Virus record (IMG/VR): IMGVR_UViG_3300042569_003487
Coordinates: 64,001-128,000 of that record
Origin: a virus
DNA: 64,000 bases
Reading direction: 5' to 3' (one strand)
The position numbers were made by a program, and so were the translations under genes. The notes beneath the pieces are model-generated. The model was not told where the DNA came from. It searched no databases and worked only from the letters and a program-made list of their open reading frames with translations. Shown here piece after piece: positions 16,635 to 26,600 of this stretch. Positions within the stretch are counted from its first letter, which is position 1, and each line of letters starts with the position of its first letter.

Positions 16635-18110
16635 TTATGCTTGTCTGTATGTAATTTCAATTTCGTCAGTTGTTTCAATTGCATACGGTATACTATATAG
16701 CGCAAGCTCATTACCTGCATCTAATTCCCATTGACTTACGAATTTTAAAGCAACTCCATTTATAGTAACTGAGAAAACTTCTGCCACTTGATTTGTTGTA
16801 GTAAGGTTTATTGTAGCATTAGCGGCAGCAGTTAATCCAGTAAATACCTGAAAATGTATAGGATTATTACTAACAGTTAGGGTAAGTGTATTGGTTGTAC
16901 CTGGAGCAGCAGACCCGGTTGCAGCAAAGGTTAAACCCGCACCGGTTGCAAAGTTTAGAGTATCTGTATCTAAATCAAAACTAGTTGCAGTAGCACCTTC
17001 AGCACTTATATTTAATTGACTTGCAGCACCGATTAATGTTTTAAGATTTGCAAATGTAATTTTTTGGTTAACTGCTCCAGATGAACTGATTGCAATAAAG
17101 TCTGCATCTGCGATTGTCGTAACTGTTGTTAATTCAGAAAGATCTAAGTTAATAGTTAAGGTTCCAGAGCTATATGCAGTATCAATTCCATTTGTTCCAC
17201 CCGCGATAGTTAGAGTTGAACCCAATGCAACTGTACCTGTTCCAGTATCTCCAGCAAATGTGTGCGTGCTATTTACAAGCATCGCATTAGTTACTCCGCC
17301 ATTTTTAATGTATAACGCGTCATTGATATCAATTCCAATTGAAGAGTTATCGAAGTTTACATTAAACTTGGTACCGACTCTAGTTAATCCAACTCCCGCT
17401 TCAGCGACTCCCGCTGCTGAGAACTGTGTAAATTGAATTTGAGCGTTTCCTGTAGGGTTTTCATCAAAGTGCCATAAACCAGAAGTTCCAGTCGCTGGAA
17501 TTGAACCATTTGGAAAACTTAGAACCCATCCGGTATCTCCATAAACTGTTCCTTGTTCAACAAAGGTAAACATACCACCTGAAACTTCTCCAGTTTCGAC
17601 TTGGTTATCTGAATCGGTTGCTCTAACTAGACGCTGAGCCTCAAATACATAAATACCATTTATTTTTTGTCTTCCAGCCTCTTCTGCTGCAATTAATACT
17701 CGATCTCCATCTGCAAGTGTAACACCATCTAACATAAGAGTTGCGATTGGAGTTCCATTATTCATCGTAGTAAATAGGTCTTGGTCAATAAACGACGAAC
17801 CATTCAATTCATTTTGTACTGAAATTGCAGGAGTTCCGCCTGATGCTGCAGTAGATGGTCGATAAATCGCAACTACTGATTTTTTTACGTCTAATCCAGT
17901 CGCAACTGAATCAACATAGGCTTTGTTTACAGCGTGGTTATCTGCACCCGGAGTTCCATTGATTTGGATATTTCCAACTGTTGCTGAAATTAAACCATTT
18001 AATATATTAAGAGTTCCTGTTGCAACACCGCTGCCACCAGTAGTTCCTCCGAATAATTTAGTTAGGTTAACTGAGTTGTTTTCCAGCTGTTTACCTTTAA
18101 TTAGTGCCAT
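16635..18110 (-). CDS. Fibre-like virion structural protein
   Basis: AVNKAYVDSVATGLDVKKSV, LDGVTLADGDRVLI, NGIYV, RATDSD, FTFVEQGT, FTQFS..AGVGL: motif set common in phage fibre proteins. Has its own promoter and terminator. Confidence 0.75.
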   Translation of the reverse strand: MALIKGKQLENNSVNLTKLFGGTTGGSGVATGTLNILNGLISATVGNIQINGTPGADNHAVNKAYVDSVATGLDVKKSVVAIYRPSTAASGGTPAISVQNELNGSSFIDQDLFTTMNNGTPIATLMLDGVTLADGDRVLIAAEEAGRQKINGIYVFEAQRLVRATDSDNQVETGEVSGGMFTFVEQGTVYGDTGWVLSFPNGSIPATGTSGLWHFDENPTGNAQIQFTQFSAAGVAEAGVGLTRVGTKFNVNFDNSSIGIDINDALYIKNGGVTNAMLVNSTHTFAGDTGTGTVALGSTLTIAGGTNGIDTAYSSGTLTINLDLSELTTVTTIADADFIAISSSGAVNQKITFANLKTLIGAASQLNISAEGATATSFDLDTDTLNFATGAGLTFAATGSAAPGTTNTLTLTVSNNPIHFQVFTGLTAAANATINLTTTNQVAEVFSVTINGVALKFVSQWELDAGNELALYSIPYAIETTDEIEITYRQA

Positions 18111-18136
18111 TGTTTATGGAGTCTTTTTATTTAAGT

Positions 18137-18144
18137 TATTTATT
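18137..18144 (-). promoter_or_regulatory. Putative late promoter (AATAAATA)
   Basis: Intergenic, 26 nt upstream of ATG 18110. Confidence 0.6.
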
Positions 18145-18150
18145 TGTTAG

Positions 18151-19440
18151 TTAGGGCGTAAATGTAAATCCCCAAGTTGAACCTATGACAACCTGTCCAG
18201 CTGTTAAAGTTTGTGGATCTGGTGTAACATAGACATCTGTCCATGCAAAACCTGGATTGGTTGGAGTAGTTGTGACAGTCCACGTCCCATAGTTAACAGT
18301 TGGATTATTTTTATCAAATCCTGTAATAGTTGTCCCAACTGGTAGGCTAGTTAATGTTGAGAGTATTGATGTTTGTGGATTTCCATTTACATCATCTGGA
18401 ATATTGTTTAATCCAAAGTAATGGGTTCCAAATGGTGCATTATATCCTCTAACAAACTCCCCTGGATTTGAACTACTGCCACCAGTCCAATAGTATGTAG
18501 CAGACGGCGCTGGCTGTGCCAGAGTAACAGTTCCTCCACTAAAATATTCAAGCAAAATAAGATCAGTTGTTTCTAATCCATGTTCTAAATATGCTGGGCG
18601 AACATATAGTGAATCGCCTGCTTCTACTTGAGCTAATAATAATTGATTACCTCCGCCAGTTCTGCTAAAGAAGAAAGGCGATGTATTGGAATCAGTTAGG
18701 AGTCGTCTTACTCCGTTTACGCTAATACAAACAGTTGAATCTACGTGAATAGACTTAGTAATTGGCGAGTTTGCAGCAAGAGAATAACTTCCAGTATTTG
18801 AAGTATATGCAACAAAATTTGCGTTTCCTTGTTCAGCACTAGGTGTAATTGGTGCAATCAGACTTGGAATAACTCGGATATGTCCTTTCATTACAGTCTG
18901 ATTAGCTGTACATACATAGAAAAGATCGTCTGGCGCATCAAATGGAACGGTCCATAAGATATAACCGCCGGTATTTTGAGTATTAGATCCAGTACCACTA
19001 GTTGGCATTCCAACCGAATACGAAGTTCCATCTGCACTTCGGATTTGAAGTGTGTGTCCTATACTTGCAGCAACTTTAAATTTGTAAATGTTTCCTCTAA
19101 AAACATAAATTGTAGGATTAGCATTATTACCACTATTAAAATCAGATGCCTCATTTACTAACCATGAAGTATTTTGAGGATGTGCAACAAAGGTTAAGAG
19201 ATTTGCATTAGTTGGTGAAAATTCAATAAGATCTGCATCTAGAACTCCATCTTTAAACCAATACATTTTATTATCGTCATTATCGACGATTCTAACCATC
19301 ATTGTAGGGAATCTAATAGCCTGTGGAATATTAGATAGCGCTTCAGTTGTAGTTGAATATGGACCAGAATAACCGTCCACTGGAACTGGATTAACTGGTG
19401 TAATACCATAAGGTAATTGAAGTCCTGGTGTAAAACTCAT
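18151..19440 (-). CDS. Virion structural protein with cupredoxin-like domain
   Basis: NPTIYVFRGNIYKF...GHTLQI...WTVPFDAPDDLFYVCTANQTVMKGHIRV. Confidence 0.6.
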   Translation of the reverse strand: MSFTPGLQLPYGITPVNPVPVDGYSGPYSTTTEALSNIPQAIRFPTMMVRIVDNDDNKMYWFKDGVLDADLIEFSPTNANLLTFVAHPQNTSWLVNEASDFNSGNNANPTIYVFRGNIYKFKVAASIGHTLQIRSADGTSYSVGMPTSGTGSNTQNTGGYILWTVPFDAPDDLFYVCTANQTVMKGHIRVIPSLIAPITPSAEQGNANFVAYTSNTGSYSLAANSPITKSIHVDSTVCISVNGVRRLLTDSNTSPFFFSRTGGGNQLLLAQVEAGDSLYVRPAYLEHGLETTDLILLEYFSGGTVTLAQPAPSATYYWTGGSSSNPGEFVRGYNAPFGTHYFGLNNIPDDVNGNPQTSILSTLTSLPVGTTITGFDKNNPTVNYGTWTVTTTPTNPGFAWTDVYVTPDPQTLTAGQVVIGSTWGFTFTP

Positions 19441-19442
19441 GG

Positions 19443-21674
19443 TTATGCGATAGTTATTTGGTGACGGTGATCAGCACTATAAGGAATAGCATTGGTCAAC
19501 GTGTATATTTTATATGCAACTGGAGTTCCTCCACCATCATTAACATTAAAGGTTGAAAGTACATAGTTTGCTGTGATATTTGCGTTTAGTGCATCTAAGT
19601 CTAATACTTCAGTTAGTGACATGGTTGCTGGTACTGCCACTGTAAATATAGTTTGAGCAGCTCCAGTATTTAAGATAAAGGTATTTCCAGCATCGGTAAA
19701 TCTCCTATTGGCTAGTGCTCTAACTCCAGCTGAATTTGTTGGTGCGCTTGCACTAGGTCCATAGAATACCACGTATTTGTAAGTTATGTTATATGACGCA
19801 GTTGCGGTTGTATAAGAATCTGTAACTGAAACTCGATAGGTTGCACTGGTTGCAGACGAAGTAATTGAAGTATCTGTAAAATTCGTAAAACTTCCTCCAG
19901 CATCAGCTAAGGTTCCAGCTGTTCCAATATTTGCATAGGCTCCACCATTAAATGAAACCGCATATTGATAACCGCTAATTGGGACATTAACTCTATTTCT
20001 AGAAGTTGATCCTTGTAAAACAGATGAAGTATTTCCACGCTCTCTAACCTGATTGCTTTCAATATTAAGAGCTAGGGTTGAAGCTGGTGCGCTAAATGAA
20101 ATGCTTGGAGATTGATATGATTGTGGTGTAATTGTCCAAGTGGCAGTCGCAGTTGCGCTAGCACTATCGGTTACAATATATTGATAGTTGAACGGTTGCG
20201 TATTAAATGCAGTATCAGTTAGGGAATGGGTATAGGTTGAAGCATTAACATCTGACATTAATGTTGTCCAAGCACCTGAGTTATTGCGCCTCCACTGTAA
20301 AACTGCAGTTGCCACATTTGCACCAAGCGTATTAATTGTTTTGGAAAAATTTAGGACATTTACAATTGGGAGTTGATTAAATAAGATACTTGTAGGGGAA
20401 CTTAGAGACACCGTAGGCGCAATTGGTTCTTGCGCAATAAGGTTAAACACCTCTTCAGCAGTTTTACCCGCAGCGGGAATCGTTTCGCCACTATTATATC
20501 GACCTACCGATTTACCAAATGGTAAACTTACAACAATATCTGCATCAAATGTAGGAGGAGCGATTGGTCTTACAAAAACTGTTACCTTATCACTAGATGG
20601 ATCGGCTACTGCTAAAATTGATGAACTTAGGTTAGATGGACCCTCTTTAAAATCGAGTTGTTCCATTTTAGTTAAGTTTGTAGCAGGATCAGTTGATGCA
20701 ATATCGGTTCCATCATTACTTACAGTAAATGCAGAAACTGAATTAAGCGCTTCGGAATCAATTGAGATTGAAATCTGCTTGGTCGCTGGATTAAAATTAA
20801 TATTAACTCCATCTTCTCCAGCAATTCTAACCGTATCATTAATTGAGGCAGCTTCAAATTGGATAGATCCGCTTGCACTTGCAATTTTAGAAAATCCTGG
20901 AGTTTGAACTGGCGAATTAATTGTTACCTTATTGGTTGCGTTATTAAATGAAACTGTAGTATCTCCAGTACCTTCAATTCTAAAAATACTTTCTGGACCG
21001 GCTGCTGTTAGTTGAACGTTACCTAGAGCATTTGCAATTTGACTAAATGAATTAGTATTAGCATTTGCTGAACTAATTATGACTCTCTTATTTACTGAGT
21101 CTAAAGTTACGGTAGTACCGCCCTGTCCTTCAAATCCTAAAGTATCAGTTGCATTACTTGCTCCAAATATTACGGTACCTTGCGCATTGGCAATTCCAGT
21201 AAATGCTGTTCCAACTGGACCAGATGCAGCTTGACCGCTGGAGAGCTTAACCCAACCGTTATCTTCAGTATAACCATAGAAACCTTCTCCGGCTGGAGCC
21301 GTATCGTTTGCATAAATTACATCTCCAATAATACCAGCCGCTGCAAGCTTTCCAGTATTATCTTGAAGTCTAAGTAAAGGTGTTTGAAATAGATTAGCAA
21401 GGGCAGATTGGGTTGTTAAAACACCATCTGCATCAACCTGCATTTTAATTGAACCATTCTGAACAACTCGTATCGTTGAATTTGCAACAATTGAAGTTGC
21501 ATTGATTTGATTTACCGAAATATTATTATTGGTTTCGTCAAATGAAATCGCCGATAAAAATGCCTGGATGGCTGCCTGTAAATTATCAAAATTCTGGTTA
21601 GACGTCGATATACTCGAGCTTAAGCTTGAATCAGATAAATCCGTAATGTTTGTTAAGTTAGAATAGACTCCCAT
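19443..21674 (-). CDS. Fibre/baseplate-associated structural protein with three approximately 50-aa repeats and Ig-like C-terminal region
   Basis: N-terminal NQNFDNL. Repeats FTGIANAQG.., FSQIANALG.., FSKIASASG.. at about 20760-21203. Confidence 0.65.
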   Translation of the reverse strand: MGVYSNLTNITDLSDSSLSSSISTSNQNFDNLQAAIQAFLSAISFDETNNNISVNQINATSIVANSTIRVVQNGSIKMQVDADGVLTTQSALANLFQTPLLRLQDNTGKLAAAGIIGDVIYANDTAPAGEGFYGYTEDNGWVKLSSGQAASGPVGTAFTGIANAQGTVIFGASNATDTLGFEGQGGTTVTLDSVNKRVIISSANANTNSFSQIANALGNVQLTAAGPESIFRIEGTGDTTVSFNNATNKVTINSPVQTPGFSKIASASGSIQFEAASINDTVRIAGEDGVNINFNPATKQISISIDSEALNSVSAFTVSNDGTDIASTDPATNLTKMEQLDFKEGPSNLSSSILAVADPSSDKVTVFVRPIAPPTFDADIVVSLPFGKSVGRYNSGETIPAAGKTAEEVFNLIAQEPIAPTVSLSSPTSILFNQLPIVNVLNFSKTINTLGANVATAVLQWRRNNSGAWTTLMSDVNASTYTHSLTDTAFNTQPFNYQYIVTDSASATATATWTITPQSYQSPSISFSAPASTLALNIESNQVRERGNTSSVLQGSTSRNRVNVPISGYQYAVSFNGGAYANIGTAGTLADAGGSFTNFTDTSITSSATSATYRVSVTDSYTTATASYNITYKYVVFYGPSASAPTNSAGVRALANRRFTDAGNTFILNTGAAQTIFTVAVPATMSLTEVLDLDALNANITANYVLSTFNVNDGGGTPVAYKIYTLTNAIPYSADHRHQITIA

Positions 21675-21695
21675 CTATGCCCAGTTTGTTTTTGT

Positions 21696-21703
21696 TATTT
21701 ATT
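21696..21703 (-). promoter_or_regulatory. Putative late promoter (AATAAATA) inside a 6-bp inverted repeat
   Basis: 21 nt upstream of ATG 21674, flanked by CCAGTT (21681-21686) and AACTGG (21710-21715). Confidence 0.6.
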
Positions 21704-21721
21704 AACCAGAACTGGCTTTGC

Positions 21722-23032
21722 TTAAAGAGCAATCTCAGTCTTAGAATCTTTAGTTGCATGGTATGCAAGAGGCGACCCTACGACTAGGCATTCAGTTAAA
21801 TTTGCAGAAACTTGCATGTCTGGACGACCCTTAATTGTTGATTGTTGAATCGTATTAACTCCAGATTGATTAAAATTACAATTAGAGAGATTTGAATATC
21901 TAATATCATTTTTATCAAAAATTGTACACTCTAATAATCTAGAGCTTCTAACTTTACAGTTAAGAATTGTACATTCAGAAAGTTCGGCTTGAATAGACGA
22001 GTTAATAAAAACAATATTTGAAAGATTAAATCCATTTTTAATTCGACCCTCTAAAACTTCAATTTGATTAGTTTCAGAATTATAGTTGACATTTCCTCTA
22101 ACAAGACCGCCGTATGTTACCAAATCAAAAAGTTTTTCTCTAACAAGATTAAATTTAGCTGATAAAATTTCTGGTCTAGGATCTAAATCCATTGTTAATT
22201 TTATCAGTGGATATTTAGTTTCAAATGTAGAATAGCTTTTTAGTCCGCTTAGGTGGGTTTTTTGTTCAGTTAAAATTTCTTTAATTTTTGCACGATCTGT
22301 ATCTGAATAAACTGAATTTGATTTTAGTGTTGAAAATAAGGATTCTATTACTAGATTTAAAAGTTCAACGGCTTGGGTTGATCTCTTTTCATAGTTCTTT
22401 CCGCCAATATACTTAACTGTCACAAAACCTTCGCTTATTCGGTCAAAGTTAACACCAAATTGTTTTGATCTTGGAAAGCTAAATTCCATTTGTGAAGAGT
22501 AACTTCCAGCCGGAACGGTTGCTTCAGCAATAAATTTATTTTTTGGGTATATTAGATTTATAGAATGCTTGAAAATTTTACTAGAGCGAATTTCTTGGGG
22601 CCACAACTCAAATGCTTTAGCTTCATTAAAATTAAGTAAAAATTTAAATTTATTTAGTTGAGGAATTCTTGCTCCCTCATTCATTTTTGAAAAGCCTAAA
22701 TCAATCTTAACTTTACATAATTCATTAGTATAACCATTTTCTTCAATAAACTTAAATGATTTAAGTAAAGCATTAACCCCTTCATAGTAATAAACTGGGC
22801 CAATTGTCATGCGCTTCATTTTAAAACCATTATTATAGAGATTAGTTAACCTTGCTCCATTTTCTTTTACTGGTTGCCAAGCATCCTTTGTTGCGCCAAC
22901 TTCTACTTCTCTATGTAAAGAAGACTGGGCCTTTTCTGCAAGCTGTTGAATTGATTTATTTGAAAAGAAATCCACAGTAAGTACAAACTGTGCAGATTCA
23001 ACCTGTTCTCTATTTTTAATGTCTAAAATCAT
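21722..23032 (-). CDS. Amidoligase-like (COOH-NH2 ligase type 2) protein, apparently catalytically degenerate, with beta-helix-like tail
   Basis: Scaffold motifs GP..Y.E....L....FIEENGYTNELC, FGVNF, Y.GGKNY are present. Expected ExE, E and ExR positions read TVD, RM and TVK. Confidence 0.5.
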   Translation of the reverse strand: MILDIKNREQVESAQFVLTVDFFSNKSIQQLAEKAQSSLHREVEVGATKDAWQPVKENGARLTNLYNNGFKMKRMTIGPVYYYEGVNALLKSFKFIEENGYTNELCKVKIDLGFSKMNEGARIPQLNKFKFLLNFNEAKAFELWPQEIRSSKIFKHSINLIYPKNKFIAEATVPAGSYSSQMEFSFPRSKQFGVNFDRISEGFVTVKYIGGKNYEKRSTQAVELLNLVIESLFSTLKSNSVYSDTDRAKIKEILTEQKTHLSGLKSYSTFETKYPLIKLTMDLDPRPEILSAKFNLVREKLFDLVTYGGLVRGNVNYNSETNQIEVLEGRIKNGFNLSNIVFINSSIQAELSECTILNCKVRSSRLLECTIFDKNDIRYSNLSNCNFNQSGVNTIQQSTIKGRPDMQVSANLTECLVVGSPLAYHATKDSKTEIAL

Positions 23033-23042
23033 AAAATATTTA

Positions 23043-25106
23043 TTATCTGTTTATACCAATATAAGGAATATTTAATCTTGGACGGCAGTTATCGATTATT
23101 CTTAGGATCGATTCATCCTTAATGAATAATTGGCTGATTACAAAATCATGGTCTTCCTCTTGAACCATTGTATTAAAAATTCTAATATTTGCAATATCAA
23201 TCGGTGAAGAAACTAATCTAAAGTTTTCATTAATTGAAAAATTAAATGAACTTGCTCCAGTTAGGGTCTTTGCTGAATTATGTAATTGCGTAATTTCATT
23301 AAAGTTATTTGCATTAGCTGGATCTTGAGTAAATCCATAAATTGTTAATGCGGCTTGATTAAATTGACTTGAAATTGGAACAAATATTGCATACCATTTA
23401 TCAATCTCTAACCTAACTTGATTAAATTGAGTTAGAGTTGAATTTATTTCAAGTCTAACTGTTACATTTTTATCGGTTGAATTATTAATAGTACTAATAC
23501 TTCCATCCAGTTTTAATCCCTTTGAATTATTATTATCGTAAGTATCAATAAAACTAATTGAATCAGTTAGCGAGTTTATTTTAAATAGCGCAAAGAACGT
23601 CATATTAGACTTGTCTTCTCCGAGTTTTCCAACTTCATTATAGACTACTCCATAATCTCTAGTTAAAATATGCACATGTCCATTTACATCTTCTTCAAAT
23701 GCTAATTGTCCAGGCGTAAAAAAGTTTGAATCATTATATCTGTCGATTTTAATATATCGACCTAATAATGGATCGTTTGAATTATACGGTCCTCTAATTT
23801 TAATTGGAGCACCATTACTTAAATCATAGGTTGTTAATTTATAACCCGCCCATAGAGCAAACAGCTCAGATTCTTCGTATGCGATTAGAGTGTATTTAGT
23901 AGCTGGATCTTCATATTTAACCGAGTATTTAGTAAAATTCGTTGAAACTGGATCCACTGTAATTGGTACGCTAGGTACGCTTTTACTTTCATAATAGTAT
24001 TGAATTAGCGGCGAATAATTATAGGTTAGGGCTAACTGTTTAATCTTAAGATCTGGATGAAGAGCCTTACGCGTTTCATCAAATCTAGTAGAAATTGTTT
24101 TAAATTGTTGAGGCATAGTTGCATCTTTAACCTCATCAATCATTTGATCTGCAAATAATTCGTCAGTACTTGTAATAATATTATCCAAGAACGTACGGTC
24201 CTCGGCCTTCATCATCATATCAATATTAGGTTGGAATTTAACTAATTGAATTTTCCAATAAACTGGTTCCTGCATAATTCCACGATATAAGTAGGTACCT
24301 TGAATTTCATACATACGATTAGTTAATGGAAAATAGAGGAAATCTTTTTTGCGAGGATGCGCCGCTGCACCAAAGATTGTTTGGAAATATTCGTGATCGA
24401 GATGGATTTCGAACGGCATTTCAAAATCAACACCAAATTCTGCGTATGTAGGCTTATTATCTGGAAATTTATTTCCGGGTACAAGGACCTTAATGCACTT
24501 TCGGCTAATAGTTTTGAATAGAGTCCACTCTTTGAAAACATAGTCTGCAGAGTCTCTATCTGGTTCTGTTTTAAAATAAACAACTTCATGTCCAAATAAT
24601 TTATTAGTATTAAAACTTAATTGTTTAAAAATATTTACTGCCTGGTCTGCCGCATAAGGATTAAACGACATTGTACCAGTTGAAATAAGAGCTGGACAAA
24701 CCTCATCACTGCAAGTAATACTTGGTGTAAATAGACTTGGCACAGAATCCGCTGCAACAATTTTAAACTTTATTTCATTTACAACAATTGGATTTGCAAG
24801 TTGGTCCCTAGTCGTATTATTATATTCATACTTTAATTCAACAAATAAATCCGAATTGTTAAAAGCAAGTGCTGTAATGTCCGCAATATCATACCAAAGT
24901 GACCAGTTTCCACGGTCTACTGAATATCTAAACTTTTTGCTTAAATAGTTTTGGTTATTACCGTTTAAGTCAACATCGTCAGTAAAACTTGTAATTGAAT
25001 ATGCTCCAGGCAAAGGATCCTTTGTTGAAAATAATCTATAGTTACTACTGAATGTCAGACTTGACTTAGAAGTCTCTGGAATAAGCTTTAGGGTAATTGT
25101 CTGCAT
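23043..25106 (-). CDS. Neck/head-completion protein (T4 gp14-like core) with extra domains
   Basis: FGHEVVYF...VFKE...FGVDFEMPFEIH...FQTIFG...PRKKDFLYFPLTNRMYEI resembles gp14. LamG-like C-terminus (WYAIFV, IANIRIFN). Confidence 0.6.
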   Translation of the reverse strand: MQTITLKLIPETSKSSLTFSSNYRLFSTKDPLPGAYSITSFTDDVDLNGNNQNYLSKKFRYSVDRGNWSLWYDIADITALAFNNSDLFVELKYEYNNTTRDQLANPIVVNEIKFKIVAADSVPSLFTPSITCSDEVCPALISTGTMSFNPYAADQAVNIFKQLSFNTNKLFGHEVVYFKTEPDRDSADYVFKEWTLFKTISRKCIKVLVPGNKFPDNKPTYAEFGVDFEMPFEIHLDHEYFQTIFGAAAHPRKKDFLYFPLTNRMYEIQGTYLYRGIMQEPVYWKIQLVKFQPNIDMMMKAEDRTFLDNIITSTDELFADQMIDEVKDATMPQQFKTISTRFDETRKALHPDLKIKQLALTYNYSPLIQYYYESKSVPSVPITVDPVSTNFTKYSVKYEDPATKYTLIAYEESELFALWAGYKLTTYDLSNGAPIKIRGPYNSNDPLLGRYIKIDRYNDSNFFTPGQLAFEEDVNGHVHILTRDYGVVYNEVGKLGEDKSNMTFFALFKINSLTDSISFIDTYDNNNSKGLKLDGSISTINNSTDKNVTVRLEINSTLTQFNQVRLEIDKWYAIFVPISSQFNQAALTIYGFTQDPANANNFNEITQLHNSAKTLTGASSFNFSINENFRLVSSPIDIANIRIFNTMVQEEDHDFVISQLFIKDESILRIIDNCRPRLNIPYIGINR

Positions 25107-25126
25107 TACAGATGGCGCTTTCTTTT

Positions 25127-25167
25127 TATTTATCCAAGTTTGGCCTGGCGGCTAACTTAAATAAATA
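25127..25167. promoter_or_regulatory. Back-to-back late promoters in a quasi-palindrome
   Basis: GATAAATA on minus (25127-25134) and AATAAATA on plus (25160-25167), 20 and 19 nt from their ATGs. Confidence 0.65.
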
Positions 25168-25186
25168 TCAATAAAGATCCGGCACC

Positions 25187-25987
25187 ATGAAGTCTAACTT
25201 GAATGTGCCAGTCCTGGATCCACTATGGCTGGCAAACTCTAAATATGTGGATCTCGAATACTATAATTATGTTTTGCTTGATGCTAAACAAAAGTATCTC
25301 GCAGATCTTAAGTCGGGATCTTTTTCTAGATTCCATGAAATCCTATTTCATTATCTGAATTTAAACACTGTAATTGTCGATAAGGGAGTATACGATTCTT
25401 CCTATAACTTTAAAAAGGACGATCGGCACGTTATGGAAATTATTGCCTCATTAACCAGAAGTAGAGAAGAATTTGGTGGAGAAATCCTAAGAATGGGGTC
25501 TACAATTCTCTCAGAAACCCTTACTGAATATTTAGATATTATGCTAGATAAACTGGCATACACTAGACTCTATTTTAACTCAGCTAAGCTCCATAAGTTA
25601 GATTCAATTTATGTTGCTACTACGCAAAATCGGGCTAAACTAAATCATATTTGGAAGATTGCTAAAGATAAAGACGTACCATTTATGATTAGTCATGAAC
25701 ATCAACTAGAAATTAATGAGTTTTCTTGTGAAGATGGAGAATTTGATGAACTGCTAAGTCAAGTTAAGCCTGAAATTAAGGACTTTTCTGCTAAGAAGAA
25801 TGTTATGGTAATATCGTCAGTTAAGAAAATAAAGGACGATCGGCTGTTTGATCTAGCATTGGCTACGATCGTTGCCAATAAGCTTCTGAATCACTCCAGT
25901 GGATTTAATTCCAATATCTTATTGGATATTAAGTCTACATTTGAAAGAGGCCAGGTGATCCCCTATAAGCTCAGATCTTTAACTTAG
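25187..25987 (+). CDS. Hypothetical protein, the only plus-strand gene in the virion module
   Basis: 266-aa ORF that fills the gap, has its own ATAAATA box and abuts the stop of the convergent gene. Confidence 0.8.
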   Translation: MKSNLNVPVLDPLWLANSKYVDLEYYNYVLLDAKQKYLADLKSGSFSRFHEILFHYLNLNTVIVDKGVYDSSYNFKKDDRHVMEIIASLTRSREEFGGEILRMGSTILSETLTEYLDIMLDKLAYTRLYFNSAKLHKLDSIYVATTQNRAKLNHIWKIAKDKDVPFMISHEHQLEINEFSCEDGEFDELLSQVKPEIKDFSAKKNVMVISSVKKIKDDRLFDLALATIVANKLLNHSSGFNSNILLDIKSTFERGQVIPYKLRSLT

Positions 25988-26599
25988 TTATCGATTAGTA
26001 TTAGCGAAAAAGTATCTATAATCTTGCTCCAAAACAATTGAGGCTGGAATAGATGCTTTTAAAGTTCGGTTTGGATATCTTATGATTCGGTCAATAATCT
26101 TAGAGTCAGTAGGATAGTCACGAGTTAATTCTACTAAGTATTCTCCTATTAGAGTTACGTCAGGTGAATTACGGCGGTCGACTAAAAACGAACCCTCAGA
26201 GGAGTCCTTTTTTAAAAATCCTATCTTTTTATGAGTAATCTGTGTTGGCTTAAAATCTAGCGAAGTTATTTCAGAAAATGAAATATCGTGAATTAACTGG
26301 CTTGACCATTGTACGTCAATTAAAATTGCACTAGTATTTAGGGCTAAGTCGTACATTAAATATAGATCTCTTTCGAGCTGAGCATTATCAACAGTATCTG
26401 ACAATAAAACCAGATCGACATCCCAAGTTGAATTAAAGTCATATAAAATTCCACCGGTTATATGCACAGAATATCGTTTAAGAATATCTGTATTGAATTG
26501 TAATTCCAATAAAAAGTTTTTAACACTTTCGTATGAGGGTCTATTCCACGGAATCGTCGTCGATACCTTACCAATTTGATAATAAAATGGGAGCCCCAT
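25988..26599 (-). CDS. Minimal Pol-beta-superfamily nucleotidyltransferase
   Basis: hG[G/S]-x9-DxD motif (ITGGILYDFNSTWDVDLVL) plus a third Asp in ILIDVQW. Start reassigned to ATG 26599 (TAATATG junction). Confidence 0.7.
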   Translation of the reverse strand: MGLPFYYQIGKVSTTIPWNRPSYESVKNFLLELQFNTDILKRYSVHITGGILYDFNSTWDVDLVLLSDTVDNAQLERDLYLMYDLALNTSAILIDVQWSSQLIHDISFSEITSLDFKPTQITHKKIGFLKKDSSEGSFLVDRRNSPDVTLIGEYLVELTRDYPTDSKIIDRIIRYPNRTLKASIPASIVLEQDYRYFFANTNR

Positions 26600-26600
26600 A

